From Nitrospirota bacterium (GTDB taxonomy: Bacteria; Nitrospirota; UBA9217), in the NCBI GenBank assembly GCA_963740085.1, contig CAVUCU010000004.1, positions 96,001-160,000 on the forward strand: 64,000 bases of DNA. Direction: 5' to 3'. Below the pieces are notes generated by a model. It saw nothing but the letters and a program-made list of their open reading frames with translations. It searched no databases and had not been told where the DNA came from. Within the stretch, counting starts at the first letter, position 1, and each line of letters opens with the position of its first letter. The position numbers and the translations under genes were made by a program. This document shows positions 49,582 to 59,612 of this stretch, piece by piece.

Positions 49582-50367
49582 TTACTCCATCCTGATCCTG
49601 TTCGGCCAGGTGTAGATGTTCATCCGGTCTCCCCGGGCAAATCCCACGAGCGTGATGCCCATGTCTTCAGCATAGCTGATGGCCATGCACGAGGGCGCTG
49701 CGCGGCTGATCAGGATCGGGATGCGGTTCCGACCGGCCTTCGTCACGATCTCTGACGTGACCCTTCCGCTGGTGAGCAGGACCTTGTTCTCTATCGGGAC
49801 CGTCTGAAGAAACGCTTTCCCTATCAGCTTGTCCACGGCATTGTGTCTGCCGATATCTTCGGAAAAAAACAGGAGGTCTTTTCCGTCCGAGAGCGCTGCG
49901 CTGTGCACACCACCGGTCGAGAGATAAAGTTTCGATATGTTCCGGAAGTCATTGAGCAGGTTCCTGATGCCCTTGAGGCTTACCATCGGTCCCGTGAAGG
50001 CGATCCTGTTGTCCGTATCCATCCGGTAACTGGTGAAGGTGATCCCTTTACCGCAGCCTGAAGAGATGGTGCGTTTCTCGAACGCTTTCTCCCAATCGGC
50101 AGGAAGATCGGACAACTCGATCCGGACAGCGGCGTCGCCTTCGATGAACTCCAGCTTCCTGATCGCCGATCTTTCGCGGAGCAAACCCTCCGAGAGAAGG
50201 AAACCGATGGAGAGCTCTTCGAGTTCGGACGGCGTGCAGAGGAGCGTCACGAGCTGCTGGTCGTTCAGGATGAGCCTGACCGGCAGTTCGGACGCCACCT
50301 CGTCGACAACACCCTCGACGTTGGAGCCGGATATCTTGAGTATGAGCGCATCTCTCTTCGTTTCCAC
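49582..50367 (-). CDS. fdhD: Formate dehydrogenase accessory sulfurtransferase FdhD
   Basis: SSGCG, TGGVHSA, EDIGRHNAVDK, GFARG. Confidence 0.94.
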   Translation of the reverse strand: METKRDALILKISGSNVEGVVDEVASELPVRLILNDQQLVTLLCTPSELEELSIGFLLSEGLLRERSAIRKLEFIEGDAAVRIELSDLPADWEKAFEKRTISSGCGKGITFTSYRMDTDNRIAFTGPMVSLKGIRNLLNDFRNISKLYLSTGGVHSAALSDGKDLLFFSEDIGRHNAVDKLIGKAFLQTVPIENKVLLTSGRVTSEIVTKAGRNRIPILISRAAPSCMAISYAEDMGITLVGFARGDRMNIYTWPNRIRME

Positions 50368-50456
50368 CGGGGGAATATAACATAATCAGGGTCATGGGGC
50401 AAGGGGCATGCGTTTGACAGGGGCATGCGCTTGAATAAATGTCAACAATGCAAAAT

Positions 50457-50488
50457 AAAAAGCCCCCGGTTTGACGGCCGGGGGCTTT
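50457..50488 (-). terminator. Intrinsic terminator downstream of the beta-barrel gene
   Basis: aaaaagcccccgg-tttgacgg-ccgggggcttt. Confidence 0.85.
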
Positions 50489-50513
50489 GAAAGGCGTTTC
50501 GCGTCTGATGGTC

Positions 50514-51302
50514 TTAGAAGCTGAGACCTGCTTCAATGAAGGGGCCGCCGAACTTGATGTCCGCCTTCACATCGCTGTGGTCGATCTTGATGGTTTCTGC
50601 CCGGTAACCGGCGCCGATAAAGACCAGCGGGATCGGGTTCACTCTCAACCTGCCGATATAGTCGTAATAGTGATTGTTACTGTATGCGATCCCGCGCACT
50701 TCAGCCTCGATGCTGAAGGCCGAAATGGGTTTTAACTGTATGCCTGCATAGATCATAGGCACATAGACAGAAACGCTCTTGGTGGATGTCTGGTTTAAGG
50801 TCGGCTGGCTTATGGTCCCTTCAAAGTCAAATTTTCGAGCGTTGATACCAAGCTCGACATTGAGTTTGCCGGCAGTCGCCGTTTTCAGCACAGGAATGGG
50901 GTAGAACAACGCCAGATCATAGTGGTCCAGTTTAACTTTTGATTCAACGGGGGCGGAAGCATTGACGACGAATGGCGTGTTGCCGAAACTGATGTCCCTT
51001 GTGAGCAGCCCTGACCCTGTGAATGACATCGGCGTGGCCATAACATAAATGTTCGGCAAGATCAACGGGAGTTCCATCTTGATGCGAGCGAATGCTTTGT
51101 TCTCCCTGCCTAAATTCAGGTCATCCTTAAGGTCAATGTTACCGGTAAGCGACGAGGTCGGTTTATAATCCATTGTGCCCGACGGCGTCTGCCGCCAGTA
51201 TCCCACTCCGACATCCATGGCAAAAAATGCGAACGCACTGCAAGGAACAATGAGCAGGGAAAGGACGAACATGCAGGCAATGTACAATGGTGTTCTTTTC
51301 AC
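50514..51302 (-). CDS. Outer-membrane beta-barrel protein (TIGR04219-like)
   Basis: Signal peptide, GYWRQTPSG, LKDDL, PLILPN, D..LFY, C-terminal Phe. Confidence 0.8.
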   Translation of the reverse strand: MKRTPLYIACMFVLSLLIVPCSAFAFFAMDVGVGYWRQTPSGTMDYKPTSSLTGNIDLKDDLNLGRENKAFARIKMELPLILPNIYVMATPMSFTGSGLLTRDISFGNTPFVVNASAPVESKVKLDHYDLALFYPIPVLKTATAGKLNVELGINARKFDFEGTISQPTLNQTSTKSVSVYVPMIYAGIQLKPISAFSIEAEVRGIAYSNNHYYDYIGRLRVNPIPLVFIGAGYRAETIKIDHSDVKADIKFGGPFIEAGLSF

Positions 51303-51461
51303 GATTTGGTCTCCTTTTGAAATAATGTCGATGAATCCGCGGACGGTGGAATTACCGTATCAAACCATGCCGGTTTTGTCAAGTTGAATGTGCCGGTGAA
51401 ATTGCTTGACAAGCGATGGTGAATGTATTACCTTCCGTGAAAATGTATGGTGGAGGTCTGT

Positions 51462-51881
51462 ATGGCCGGCATCACACGATTTGGCGTTTCGATCGACAGC
51501 CAGCTGATAAAAAAATTTGATGCGCTCATCGGCCGCAAGGGTTATGCCAACAGATCGGAGGCCATCCGCGACATGATCCGGGACAACCTTGTCGAGCAGG
51601 AGTGGAAATCGGGCGAGCATGAGACCGTGGGCACGATCACCATCGTATATAATCATCACACGCGGGAGCTCGAACACGCGCTCACGGACATGCAACATAG
51701 ATCATTTCACCAGATCATCTCCGCGCTCCATGTCCATCTTGATGCGCATAATTGCCTTGAGGTGCTGGTGGTGAAGGGCAAGAGCTCGGAGATCAGGAAG
51801 ATCGCTGACCGGCTGATCGGCACCCGTGGTGTGAAGCACGGGAAGCTTACGACCACGACCACGGGAAAAGAGCTGGCATGA
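51462..51881 (+). CDS. nikR: Nickel-responsive regulator NikR
   Basis: [23 protein letters not shown]. Confidence 0.96.
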   Translation: MAGITRFGVSIDSQLIKKFDALIGRKGYANRSEAIRDMIRDNLVEQEWKSGEHETVGTITIVYNHHTRELEHALTDMQHRSFHQIISALHVHLDAHNCLEVLVVKGKSSEIRKIADRLIGTRGVKHGKLTTTTTGKELA

Positions 51882-51945
51882 TAAAGAAGGGTCAGGAATC
51901 AGGAGTATCCTGCCGGTGGCTATAAAAAAGATAGTGGAGAAAAAC

Positions 51946-52707
51946 ATGTTCAATTTTTTCAGGGCTGGCATCCTCTGTGTAATCATGCTCATGCCGGCTA
52001 CGGTCTGGGCGACGCATCCGTTTGACGTTGACGACACGGCAACGGAAGGCAAAGGCAATTTTCTGTTCGAGCTTACCGGTGTTTACGCGAAGGACGCGTC
52101 GCTCAAGTCGACGACGGAGACCGCATTTCTCACCGTTGGAGCGAGCGAACATACGGAACTTTCCCTCGAAGTTCCTTATCTTCTGCTGGACCCGAGCCCG
52201 GTCACGGGCGAGAACGCGAGCGGAAAGGGAGATATCCGGATAAAATTTAAACAGCAGATATTTGAGAACGAGGTCAGGCAATCCATGGCCTATGAAATCT
52301 ACTCTGATATGCCGACCGGGGACGTTCATAAGGGCCTCGGTACGAACAACGTTGTGTGGGGCGTCAAGCTTGTCGACACGCAGGAGTGTCACAACAACGC
52401 CTTCCATCTGAACGTGGGATACGAGGTGTTTGGCCGGGACATGAAAAAATGGCATTATGGTACAAATTACGATATCCGGTTCGGCCTGGCTGCCGAGCAT
52501 AAGTTCACCGAGTCCTTCCGCGTTCTTGCCGAGATATCCGGCGAGCACGGGAAGATCGCGGAAAATAAATATGATCCTTACCGGTTTCTCGCAGGCATCA
52601 TCTATGATATCTCCAAGTCCTGGTACGTTGATCTCGGTGCGCAGGTCGGCCTGAACAAGGATGCCGAGGACCACGCCATACTTGCTGGTACGGCATGGCG
52701 GTTTTAG
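51946..52707 (+). CDS. Outer-membrane beta-barrel transporter, paralog 1
   Basis: Signal peptide ending VWA-THPFDVDD, GD..K, PTGD, C-terminal WRF. Confidence 0.75.
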   Translation: MFNFFRAGILCVIMLMPATVWATHPFDVDDTATEGKGNFLFELTGVYAKDASLKSTTETAFLTVGASEHTELSLEVPYLLLDPSPVTGENASGKGDIRIKFKQQIFENEVRQSMAYEIYSDMPTGDVHKGLGTNNVVWGVKLVDTQECHNNAFHLNVGYEVFGRDMKKWHYGTNYDIRFGLAAEHKFTESFRVLAEISGEHGKIAENKYDPYRFLAGIIYDISKSWYVDLGAQVGLNKDAEDHAILAGTAWRF

Positions 52708-52931
52708 CTGCAGGTTGATCCCGGGGGAGGGTCAGGTCCATTGTCCCGGTTAAATTGAATTTCTTTTTGCATATCCAGAAATCCCGTCCCTTCGGCTGTA
52801 ACATGCAGCCCTCGCAATGCATTAAACGCCTGCCAGGGATCCCTCTGCTGCGTTGAACCGATCATTCTTATTTCCCGTAACGCCCTCCTCTTTGCGAAAT
52901 GAATCACCTCCGAGGGACGTGAAAAAATCCC

Positions 52932-52977
52932 TTGACAGCATTTTTTGAATGTGTTACTTAAATTAAAATCGTAACAC
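52932..52977 (+). promoter_or_regulatory. NikR operator overlapping a sigma70 promoter
   Basis: TTGACA at 52932; perfect palindrome GTGTTAC-13 nt-GTAACAC at 52951-52977. Confidence 0.85.
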
Positions 52978-52980
52978 TAT

Positions 52981-53871
52981 GTGTCCGCGATACGGAGCGT
53001 TATGCCGCGATTATCATGCATCCCGCTGTTCCGTGTATTACAATGCCCGGCGGAACCGTTCAACGGGAAAGGGGACCACAGGACGCTTTCCAAGAGGTTA
53101 TTCGGAGGGGTTGTGCTTTGTGCCGTTCTGCTCTTGCCGGCATCGGCCTGGTCGGCGCACCCGCTCATTACGGATGATACCGGTACGCAGGGGAAAGGGA
53201 AATTCCAGATCGAGATCAACGGCCAGTATAACAGCGACACGGATACGATCGCGGGCGCATCGGTTAAATCAACGGGCGGACAGGCAGCGACGATTCTGTC
53301 CTACGGGATCGTCGATAGTGGGGATCTTGTTCTTAGCCTTCCCTATTTGTGGAGCAAAGTAAAGGAAGATGGTGTCATCACGTCAGATGAAGAGGGGATC
53401 TCGGACACGACTGTAGAGATCAAGTGGCGGTTCTTCGAGGAAGAAGGGCTCAGTTTCGCCTTGAAGCCCGGGATAAGCTTGCCAACGGGCGATGAAAATA
53501 AAGGGCTTGGCGCAGGCAGGACCGGATATCACGTCTTTCTCATCTGTTCGAAGGAAGCAGCACCCTGGTCGCTCCATGCGAATCTCGGATACAGCCGGAA
53601 TGAGAACAGTGAAGTCGTCGATGAGCTGAAGGACATTTGGCATGCGTCCCTTGCGGCGACCTATGCGGTCTCCAAAAACCTGAAGATAGCCGCTAATATC
53701 GGCATCGAGCGAAGTCCCGATAAGGCATCGGACAATGATCCGGCTTTTCTCATTGGCGGGCTCATCTATTCTTTAGGTGAGCAGTTCGATATTGATGCCG
53801 GGGTGAAGTCCGGAGTGACCTCGTCCGAGACCGATCTGGCTCTTATGGCGGGAACGACATACAGATTTTAA
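52981..53871 (+). CDS. Outer-membrane beta-barrel transporter, paralog 2 (true start probably downstream)
   Basis: AWS-AHPLITDDTGTQGKG, LPTGD, C-terminal YRF. Confidence 0.78.
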   Translation: MSAIRSVMPRLSCIPLFRVLQCPAEPFNGKGDHRTLSKRLFGGVVLCAVLLLPASAWSAHPLITDDTGTQGKGKFQIEINGQYNSDTDTIAGASVKSTGGQAATILSYGIVDSGDLVLSLPYLWSKVKEDGVITSDEEGISDTTVEIKWRFFEEEGLSFALKPGISLPTGDENKGLGAGRTGYHVFLICSKEAAPWSLHANLGYSRNENSEVVDELKDIWHASLAATYAVSKNLKIAANIGIERSPDKASDNDPAFLIGGLIYSLGEQFDIDAGVKSGVTSSETDLALMAGTTYRF

Positions 53872-53915
53872 GTCTGATGCAGGAGTGACATAATTGAGCA
53901 TCTTAAGGGAGAAGC

Positions 53916-54584
53916 ATGCACATACCTGACGGATATTTGGGCCCGGCCACCTACGGGACGATGTATGCCGTAACCATCCCATTCTGGGCCTTTGCGTCCT
54001 GGAAATTGAACAAGACGCTGAAGACCAGGCAAGCCCCGTATCTGGCGCTCGGCGCCGCATTCAGCTTTGTGATCATGATGTTCAACGTCCCCATCGTGGG
54101 AGGCACTACCGGTCATGCTACCGGCGCGACCCTGATCGCAATTCTTCTCGGGCCCTGGGCCGCGATAATATCTGTTTCCGTGGCCCTCATTATTCAGGCA
54201 TTGCTGTTTGGCGACGGAGGAATCACTGCGATCGGGGCTAACTGCTTCAATATGGGGGTTGTCGGCGCATTGACAGGGTACGGCATCTATCGGCTTATCG
54301 CGGCAGGCTCGGATATCAAAAGCAAGAGACGCTGGGTCGCAGGAGCGATCGCCGCGTACATCAGCCTGAACATTTCAGCATTGATCACCGCAGTTCAGCT
54401 GGGCATTCAGCCCATGCTGGAAAAAACGCCGACCGGGCAGCCGCTCTATTCGCCCTTTCCCTTAAGTGTTGCCGTACCCGCCATGGCGCTCGAGCACCTA
54501 TTCCTGTTCGGGATCGTAGAGGCTGTAGTGACGGCGCTGGTGATAAAGTACTTCCAGAAGAGTGATCCCGAAATGCTGGGATAG
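53916..54584 (+). CDS. cbiM: Ni/Co ECF transporter substrate component NikM/CbiM
   Basis: MHIPDG N-terminus, GTTGH, LLGP, FGDGG. Confidence 0.94.
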   Translation: MHIPDGYLGPATYGTMYAVTIPFWAFASWKLNKTLKTRQAPYLALGAAFSFVIMMFNVPIVGGTTGHATGATLIAILLGPWAAIISVSVALIIQALLFGDGGITAIGANCFNMGVVGALTGYGIYRLIAAGSDIKSKRRWVAGAIAAYISLNISALITAVQLGIQPMLEKTPTGQPLYSPFPLSVAVPAMALEHLFLFGIVEAVVTALVIKYFQKSDPEMLG

Positions 54585-54620
54585 AGAGAGTCAGGAGTCA
54601 GGAGAACACACTACAACAGT

Positions 54621-54956
54621 ATGAGTAAAATTAGAAAACTCTGGATAGGCATCGGTATTTTAGTGCTCCTTTCACCATTGGGAGTGATCATCCCGAAGCT
54701 GTTCGGCGCAGAGGGCGCCTGGGGGGAGTGGGGACTGGATGCGATCGAGAAGATGTCCGGGTTTGTACCCTCAGGCATGAAACAACTTGCCGAGATATGG
54801 AAGGCGCCGCTCCGGGACTACGGCCTGCCCGGCCAGAGCAAGGGCCTGGCCGGTGAAAGCCTGGGGTACGTGATCACGGCGATCATCGGAGTTGCGTTCA
54901 CGGCGGGAATGATGTATCTTCTTGCCAGGGTATTAGGAAGAAAAAAAGATAGCTGA
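54621..54956 (+). CDS. ECF auxiliary component (NikN/PDGLE-type)
   Basis: LSPLG, AWGEW, APLRDY, two TM segments. Confidence 0.82.
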   Translation: MSKIRKLWIGIGILVLLSPLGVIIPKLFGAEGAWGEWGLDAIEKMSGFVPSGMKQLAEIWKAPLRDYGLPGQSKGLAGESLGYVITAIIGVAFTAGMMYLLARVLGRKKDS

Positions 54957-55085
54957 TAGGTGAAAGACAGTTTCCCTCATTTGAGAAACATCCACAACAC
55001 CTCCTGTCCGGAAAGGCAGGAAGTTTTTTCAGCACAGTACTGATTATTGATCGGCACGGTCTTCGAAATCTAACGGGGTTTCCCG

Positions 55086-55970
55086 GTGGCTGTCTTGTCA
55101 CGGACTAAATTTTTAGATAAAACGCTCTTGGCGGTTGCGCATGTTGCGGAGCAAGCCCTGTTCTCGGAGGCGTACGCACGGAAGGAGGGATTGCTCCAGT
55201 CACTCGACATTAGAATCAAGCTCGTGACATTCCTGCTCATTATCATCCTCATCAGTTTTATCCATTCACCGCCGTTGTTATGGCTGCTGTACGGTATCAG
55301 TCTCATACTCGCCCTTTTTTCGCGTGTCCCTCTGTGGTTCTTTATCAGGCGGGTCTGGCTGTTCGTGCCGCTCTTTTCCGCGGCCATTGTCCTGCCGGCG
55401 ATCTTGAATATCATCACCCCCGGAGAAACCCTCATAACGATCATGGATCTCGGACATTCTCGTTCCTGGGGTCCGTATGTGATCCCCGCTGAGATAGCGA
55501 TCACCCGTCAGGGGCTCTGGGGCGGGATCGTATTCGTCTCGCGCGTCGCTGCCTCGGTCTCTTTTGCCGTTCTGTTCACGCTGACGCATCGATGGTCTGA
55601 GATTTTCGCGGGGCTCAGATCGATCTTCGTACCGCGCATATTTGTCATGACGCTCAGTATGACCGAACGATACATTTTTGTTTTTCTGCGTTTGATCCAG
55701 GATATGTACCGGGCGAGGAAGAGCCGGACCATCAGGCCGCTTTCCGCAGCGGCTGAACGGAACTGGACCGCCTCACGAATCGGCGTCACGTTCAAGAAAT
55801 CAGTGGAAATGAGCGGAGATATCTATAATGCGATGCTTTCACGCGGCTTTCACGGAGACTATCGGTCCATAAACAGATTGAGCACGAGGGCTATCGATTA
55901 CGTCTGGCTGATGACAGTTCTCTGTTTTGCTGGTATACTTATCCTGTTCGAAAGGGGTATGCCCCGGTAA
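55086..55970 (+). CDS. cbiQ: ECF transmembrane component NikQ/CbiQ
   Basis: D.RIKL, RYIF, ARKSR, AMLSRGF. Confidence 0.9.
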   Translation: MAVLSRTKFLDKTLLAVAHVAEQALFSEAYARKEGLLQSLDIRIKLVTFLLIIILISFIHSPPLLWLLYGISLILALFSRVPLWFFIRRVWLFVPLFSAAIVLPAILNIITPGETLITIMDLGHSRSWGPYVIPAEIAITRQGLWGGIVFVSRVAASVSFAVLFTLTHRWSEIFAGLRSIFVPRIFVMTLSMTERYIFVFLRLIQDMYRARKSRTIRPLSAAAERNWTASRIGVTFKKSVEMSGDIYNAMLSRGFHGDYRSINRLSTRAIDYVWLMTVLCFAGILILFERGMPR

Positions 55971-57073
55971 TGAGCGTTTTCAGTTTGCGCAATGTAGTCT
56001 ATTCCTACGCGAACGGTGAAACAGTACTGAACGATCTGACGCTGGATTTTCAGCCGGGCGAGCGGACCGTGATCCTCGGCGCGAACGGCACGGGGAAGTC
56101 CACGCTGCTGTCCCTGCTCGATGGTCTGGTGTTCCCGAAATCAGGCAGCATCCGCGCCTTCAGCAAGTCATTGTCCGAAGCAGCGCTTGAAGACAGGTTG
56201 TTTTCCATGGACTTCAGGAAGCGGGTGGCTTTCGTGTTCCAGAACCCGGATGTGCAGCTTTTCTCGTCCACCGTCTGGGACGATATCGCCTTCGGTCCTC
56301 TGCAACTGGGATATTCGGTGTCAGATATAGAAGTAACGGTGGAAGGGCTGCTTGAAATGCTGCGCATAGCCGACCTGCGTGACCGCGCCCCCCATACGCT
56401 TTCGGATGGACAGAAGAAGAAGGTCGCCATCGCATCAAGCCTCGCCACTGATCCTGATGTGCTTCTGCTCGATGAGCCGACGAACGGCCTTGACCCGAGG
56501 ACGCAGGTCTGGCTTATCGAGCTTATAAATGAATTGCACCATCGCGGAAAAACCATCATCTCGGCCACGCACGACCTGTCGATCGCAGGTGACATCTCGG
56601 ACCGGGCGGTCGTTTTTTCCGAGGACCATGCCGTCGCGGCGGATGGCGCATTCCAGGATATCATTGCCGACGATGAACTGCTGCTCAGGGTGAACCTGAT
56701 CCACGAGCATGCGCACCACCACGGCGACAAGGCCCATGTGCATCGACACGGGCATTATGGCCACACTCATCTCAACGGAGGATCGAGAGACGACATGCAC
56801 AAAGGACATTCACACAGCCACGGTCATGATCACGAAGAAGATCTCGACCAGAGGGAAACTCTGCGTAAGCTTCAGATGATGATCGAACATTGGATCGATC
56901 ATGGCGAAAGCCATGCCGAGAATTACCGGGAATGGGCGTCAAAGGCGAGCCAGGCAGGGGAAGAGGAGGTATCCCGGGAGATACACCTTGCCATCGATGA
57001 CAGCGAAGAGGTGAACAAGCACCTGAAGCGGGCGAAGGCGATACTGGCGGCGAAGCTGGTGCTGAGGAAGTAA
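55970..57073 (+). CDS. cbiO: ECF ATPase NikO/CbiO with His-rich linker and extra C-terminal helical domain
   Basis: GANGTGKS, FQNPD, LSDGQ, LLDEPT, ATHD; His-rich tail. Confidence 0.9.
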   Translation: MSVFSLRNVVYSYANGETVLNDLTLDFQPGERTVILGANGTGKSTLLSLLDGLVFPKSGSIRAFSKSLSEAALEDRLFSMDFRKRVAFVFQNPDVQLFSSTVWDDIAFGPLQLGYSVSDIEVTVEGLLEMLRIADLRDRAPHTLSDGQKKKVAIASSLATDPDVLLLDEPTNGLDPRTQVWLIELINELHHRGKTIISATHDLSIAGDISDRAVVFSEDHAVAADGAFQDIIADDELLLRVNLIHEHAHHHGDKAHVHRHGHYGHTHLNGGSRDDMHKGHSHSHGHDHEEDLDQRETLRKLQMMIEHWIDHGESHAENYREWASKASQAGEEEVSREIHLAIDDSEEVNKHLKRAKAILAAKLVLRK

Positions 57074-57078
57074 AGCAA

Positions 57079-57180
57079 AGAGGGACGAGAGACAATGGGG
57101 AGATGGACGAAAGACGAGGGACGAAAAGTCGTTGCGTCCATCGTCCAAGCGAACGCAGCGAGCGGTCATCTGTCATCCAC
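57079..57180. repeat. Degenerate inverted 7-nt period array after cbiO
   Basis: gagggac gagagac .. gatggac gaaagac gagggac gaaaagt versus cgtccat cgtccaa .. gtcatct gtcatcc. Confidence 0.7.
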
Positions 57181-57216
57181 CGGTTCTGCTCCGGCCGGCC
57201 GTCCGTGGGAGGAAAC

Positions 57217-57807
57217 ATGAACGAACTGAACAATAGCGATCTTCGTGACACCGTCCAATTCCATGGACATCTCTGCCCGGGACTTGCGCTCGGGTACCGC
57301 GTAGCGAAGGCGGCACTCCGTGAGCTTGGGGCCGACCGGCCTCGGGACGAGGAACTGGTCGCGATCGTGGAGAACGACTCCTGCGCCGTCGACGCGGTCC
57401 AGTTCATCACCGGCTGCACCTTCGGGAAGGGGAACCTCATCTTCCGCGACTATGGCAAGCACGTCTACACGTTCACTAATCGCCGCACCGGTCGGGGCGT
57501 TCGCATATCCGAGGATTATCGCGGGTTCGAGAATGATCAGCGCTATCCCGGGCTCAAGAAACGGCAGGAGGCCGGTGAGGACGTGGCCCGCGAGAAGCAG
57601 ATGTTCATGATGGAAAAGGCTTCAGCGATCTTGAAGGCGGATGAGAAGGAGCTATTTACCCTTACACCGGTATCTTCGCCCCCACCGGCAGAAGCAACAA
57701 TACGCAATTCGCTGCGATGCGCGATGTGCGGTGAGAAGTTCATGGAATCCCGCCGGCGCGAGAAGAACGGAAAGGTCGTGTGTATTCCGTGTTTTGAGAA
57801 AACATAA
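57217..57807 (+). CDS. FmdE-family protein with C-terminal zinc finger
   Basis: FHGHLCPG, ENDSCAVDAVQ, GCTFGKGN, CAMCGE..CIPC. Confidence 0.9.
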   Translation: MNELNNSDLRDTVQFHGHLCPGLALGYRVAKAALRELGADRPRDEELVAIVENDSCAVDAVQFITGCTFGKGNLIFRDYGKHVYTFTNRRTGRGVRISEDYRGFENDQRYPGLKKRQEAGEDVAREKQMFMMEKASAILKADEKELFTLTPVSSPPPAEATIRNSLRCAMCGEKFMESRRREKNGKVVCIPCFEKT

Positions 57808-58043
57808 GCTGTCCCTCTGTTTGGCAGATTTTATTATCCACGATTTGTGAGGGAAAAAATCGCTATCAACCGTCGGCTCCGATCAAAAACCCTGTCATTT
57901 ACACTCCCAACGAGATACGGAGTTCTCAATAACATCCTCTTTTTTCTACAATATTCTTGACAATAAACAACGCTGAAGTTATTATAACGATGCTCTGCTA
58001 TCGGTTATTCAATCGACTCATTGCCATGAGGAAGGAGGATAGT

Positions 58044-58790
58044 ATGAAGAAAGTTTTTGTTTTTCCAGCATTTATTTTATTACTCCTGACCGGATGTGTC
58101 TCGCAATCTACATACGATCTCAAGGCCAAGGAGTTCCAAACGCTCGCATCGAAGAACGACGACCTTGAGGCCCAGGTTAAGACCCTGACCGGCGACGTCG
58201 AAGTACTCAAAAAGGACAGAGAATCTCTCATAAAGGAAAAGGATGCGGTCCTGAAGGAGAGGGACGAACTTCTGGCAAAAAACAACGAGCTGTCGCGGAA
58301 GGCCGAGAAGGCGGAGCAGCTTGAAAAGGCCACGCAGACCTACCAGGACCTCCAGAAGAAGCTCGAGAAAGAGATACGGGAGGGCCAGGTGCAGCTCAAG
58401 GAGATGAAGGACCGTCTGACCATGACCATGGTGGACAAGATCCTCTTCCCCTCGGGCAGTTCAAAAATCAGCAAGGAAGGCAAAGCCGTGCTGGACAAGG
58501 TGGTCAGTATCCTGAAAGACGTGAAAGACAAGCGCATTCAGGTCGAAGGGCATACGGACAATGTGAAGATCGCGAGCGATCTCAAGAAACACTTCGCCAC
58601 CAACTGGGAGCTCTCGACTGCCCGGGCCACCGAGGTGGTGCGATATCTCCAGGAGGTCGGCGGGATCAACCCCGGTCTCCTGTCTGCGACGGGCTATGGT
58701 GAATACCAGCCTGTCGCTCCGAACGATACCGATGAGGGAAGGCACAAGAATCGCCGTATTGAGATCGTCCTGCTGCCGCCGCTGAAATAG
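58044..58790 (+). CDS. OmpA/MotB-domain lipoprotein with coiled coil
   Basis: LTG-C lipobox, EGHTDN, NWELSTARA, NRRIEI. Confidence 0.9.
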   Translation: MKKVFVFPAFILLLLTGCVSQSTYDLKAKEFQTLASKNDDLEAQVKTLTGDVEVLKKDRESLIKEKDAVLKERDELLAKNNELSRKAEKAEQLEKATQTYQDLQKKLEKEIREGQVQLKEMKDRLTMTMVDKILFPSGSSKISKEGKAVLDKVVSILKDVKDKRIQVEGHTDNVKIASDLKKHFATNWELSTARATEVVRYLQEVGGINPGLLSATGYGEYQPVAPNDTDEGRHKNRRIEIVLLPPLK

Positions 58791-58880
58791 GGACACTGCG
58801 GTTTTAATAGGGTTGGTTCCTGACTTTGTCCGTTTCACCCGTGAGCGCGAAGCGCCGGTGGCTGCACAAGAAGGGAAACA

Positions 58881-59519
58881 ATGTTCACCGGGATCATAGA
58901 AGAGATGGGGAGTGTGAAGGCGCTTCGGCGTGATGCGGGGTCGGCCCGTTTAACAATATCCGCATCCATGGTCCTCGGCAATACCGCGCCCGGCGACAGC
59001 ATCTGCGTGAACGGGGTCTGCCTCACCGTCGTCGATATGACGAAAAGCGATTTTTCAGCCGATGTTGCAGTTGAAACGCTGAAGGTCACGAACCTCGGGG
59101 ACCTGAGGACCGGTTCAAAGGTCAACCTTGAGCGGGCACTTCTGTTGTCAGCGCGGATCGGCGGCCATCTGGTGAGCGGTCACGTTGACGGGGTGGGACG
59201 GATCCGTGAGCGGCGTGAAGAAGGCAATGGCTGGAGGATCTTCATGGACGCACCGGAGACCGTCCTTCGATATGTAATAAAAAAAGGCTCCATTGCGATA
59301 GACGGAATCAGTCTTACGGTTGCCGATGTCGATAAAACCGGTTTTTCCGTTGCCATGATACCCCATACCGCGAAGCTTACGACGCTGGGGTTCAAGTCCG
59401 CGGGCGATAGTGTAAATCTGGAGTCGGACATGATCGGGAAATACGTTGAACGGCTTCTGCAGGGCAGGGTCGAGGGCGGTGTGAGCCTGGAGCTCTTGAG
59501 GAAGAACGGATTTGCGTAA
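58881..59519 (+). CDS. ribE: Riboflavin synthase (alpha)
   Basis: MFTGI, GVCLT, VNLERAL, GGHLVSGHVD. Confidence 0.97.
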   Translation: MFTGIIEEMGSVKALRRDAGSARLTISASMVLGNTAPGDSICVNGVCLTVVDMTKSDFSADVAVETLKVTNLGDLRTGSKVNLERALLLSARIGGHLVSGHVDGVGRIRERREEGNGWRIFMDAPETVLRYVIKKGSIAIDGISLTVADVDKTGFSVAMIPHTAKLTTLGFKSAGDSVNLESDMIGKYVERLLQGRVEGGVSLELLRKNGFA

Positions 59520-59612
59520 AAGACAGGGTTCCAGGGGGTCAGGGTTCAGAAAGATGAAGTGTTCATTTACCCCTGTTACTGGCTCCTGCCCGCTTTACTC
59601 TGAGGTGATTTT

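Noticed and set aside
52708-52930. Cobalamin riboswitch or a small CxxC ORF upstream of the ECF genes
   Set aside because: No B12-box is recognisable and the NikR operator explains regulation; the minus-strand MHCEGC ORF overlaps a real gene and has no other support.
58791-58880. FMN riboswitch before the rib operon
   Set aside because: Only 90 nt and lacks the RFN conserved blocks.
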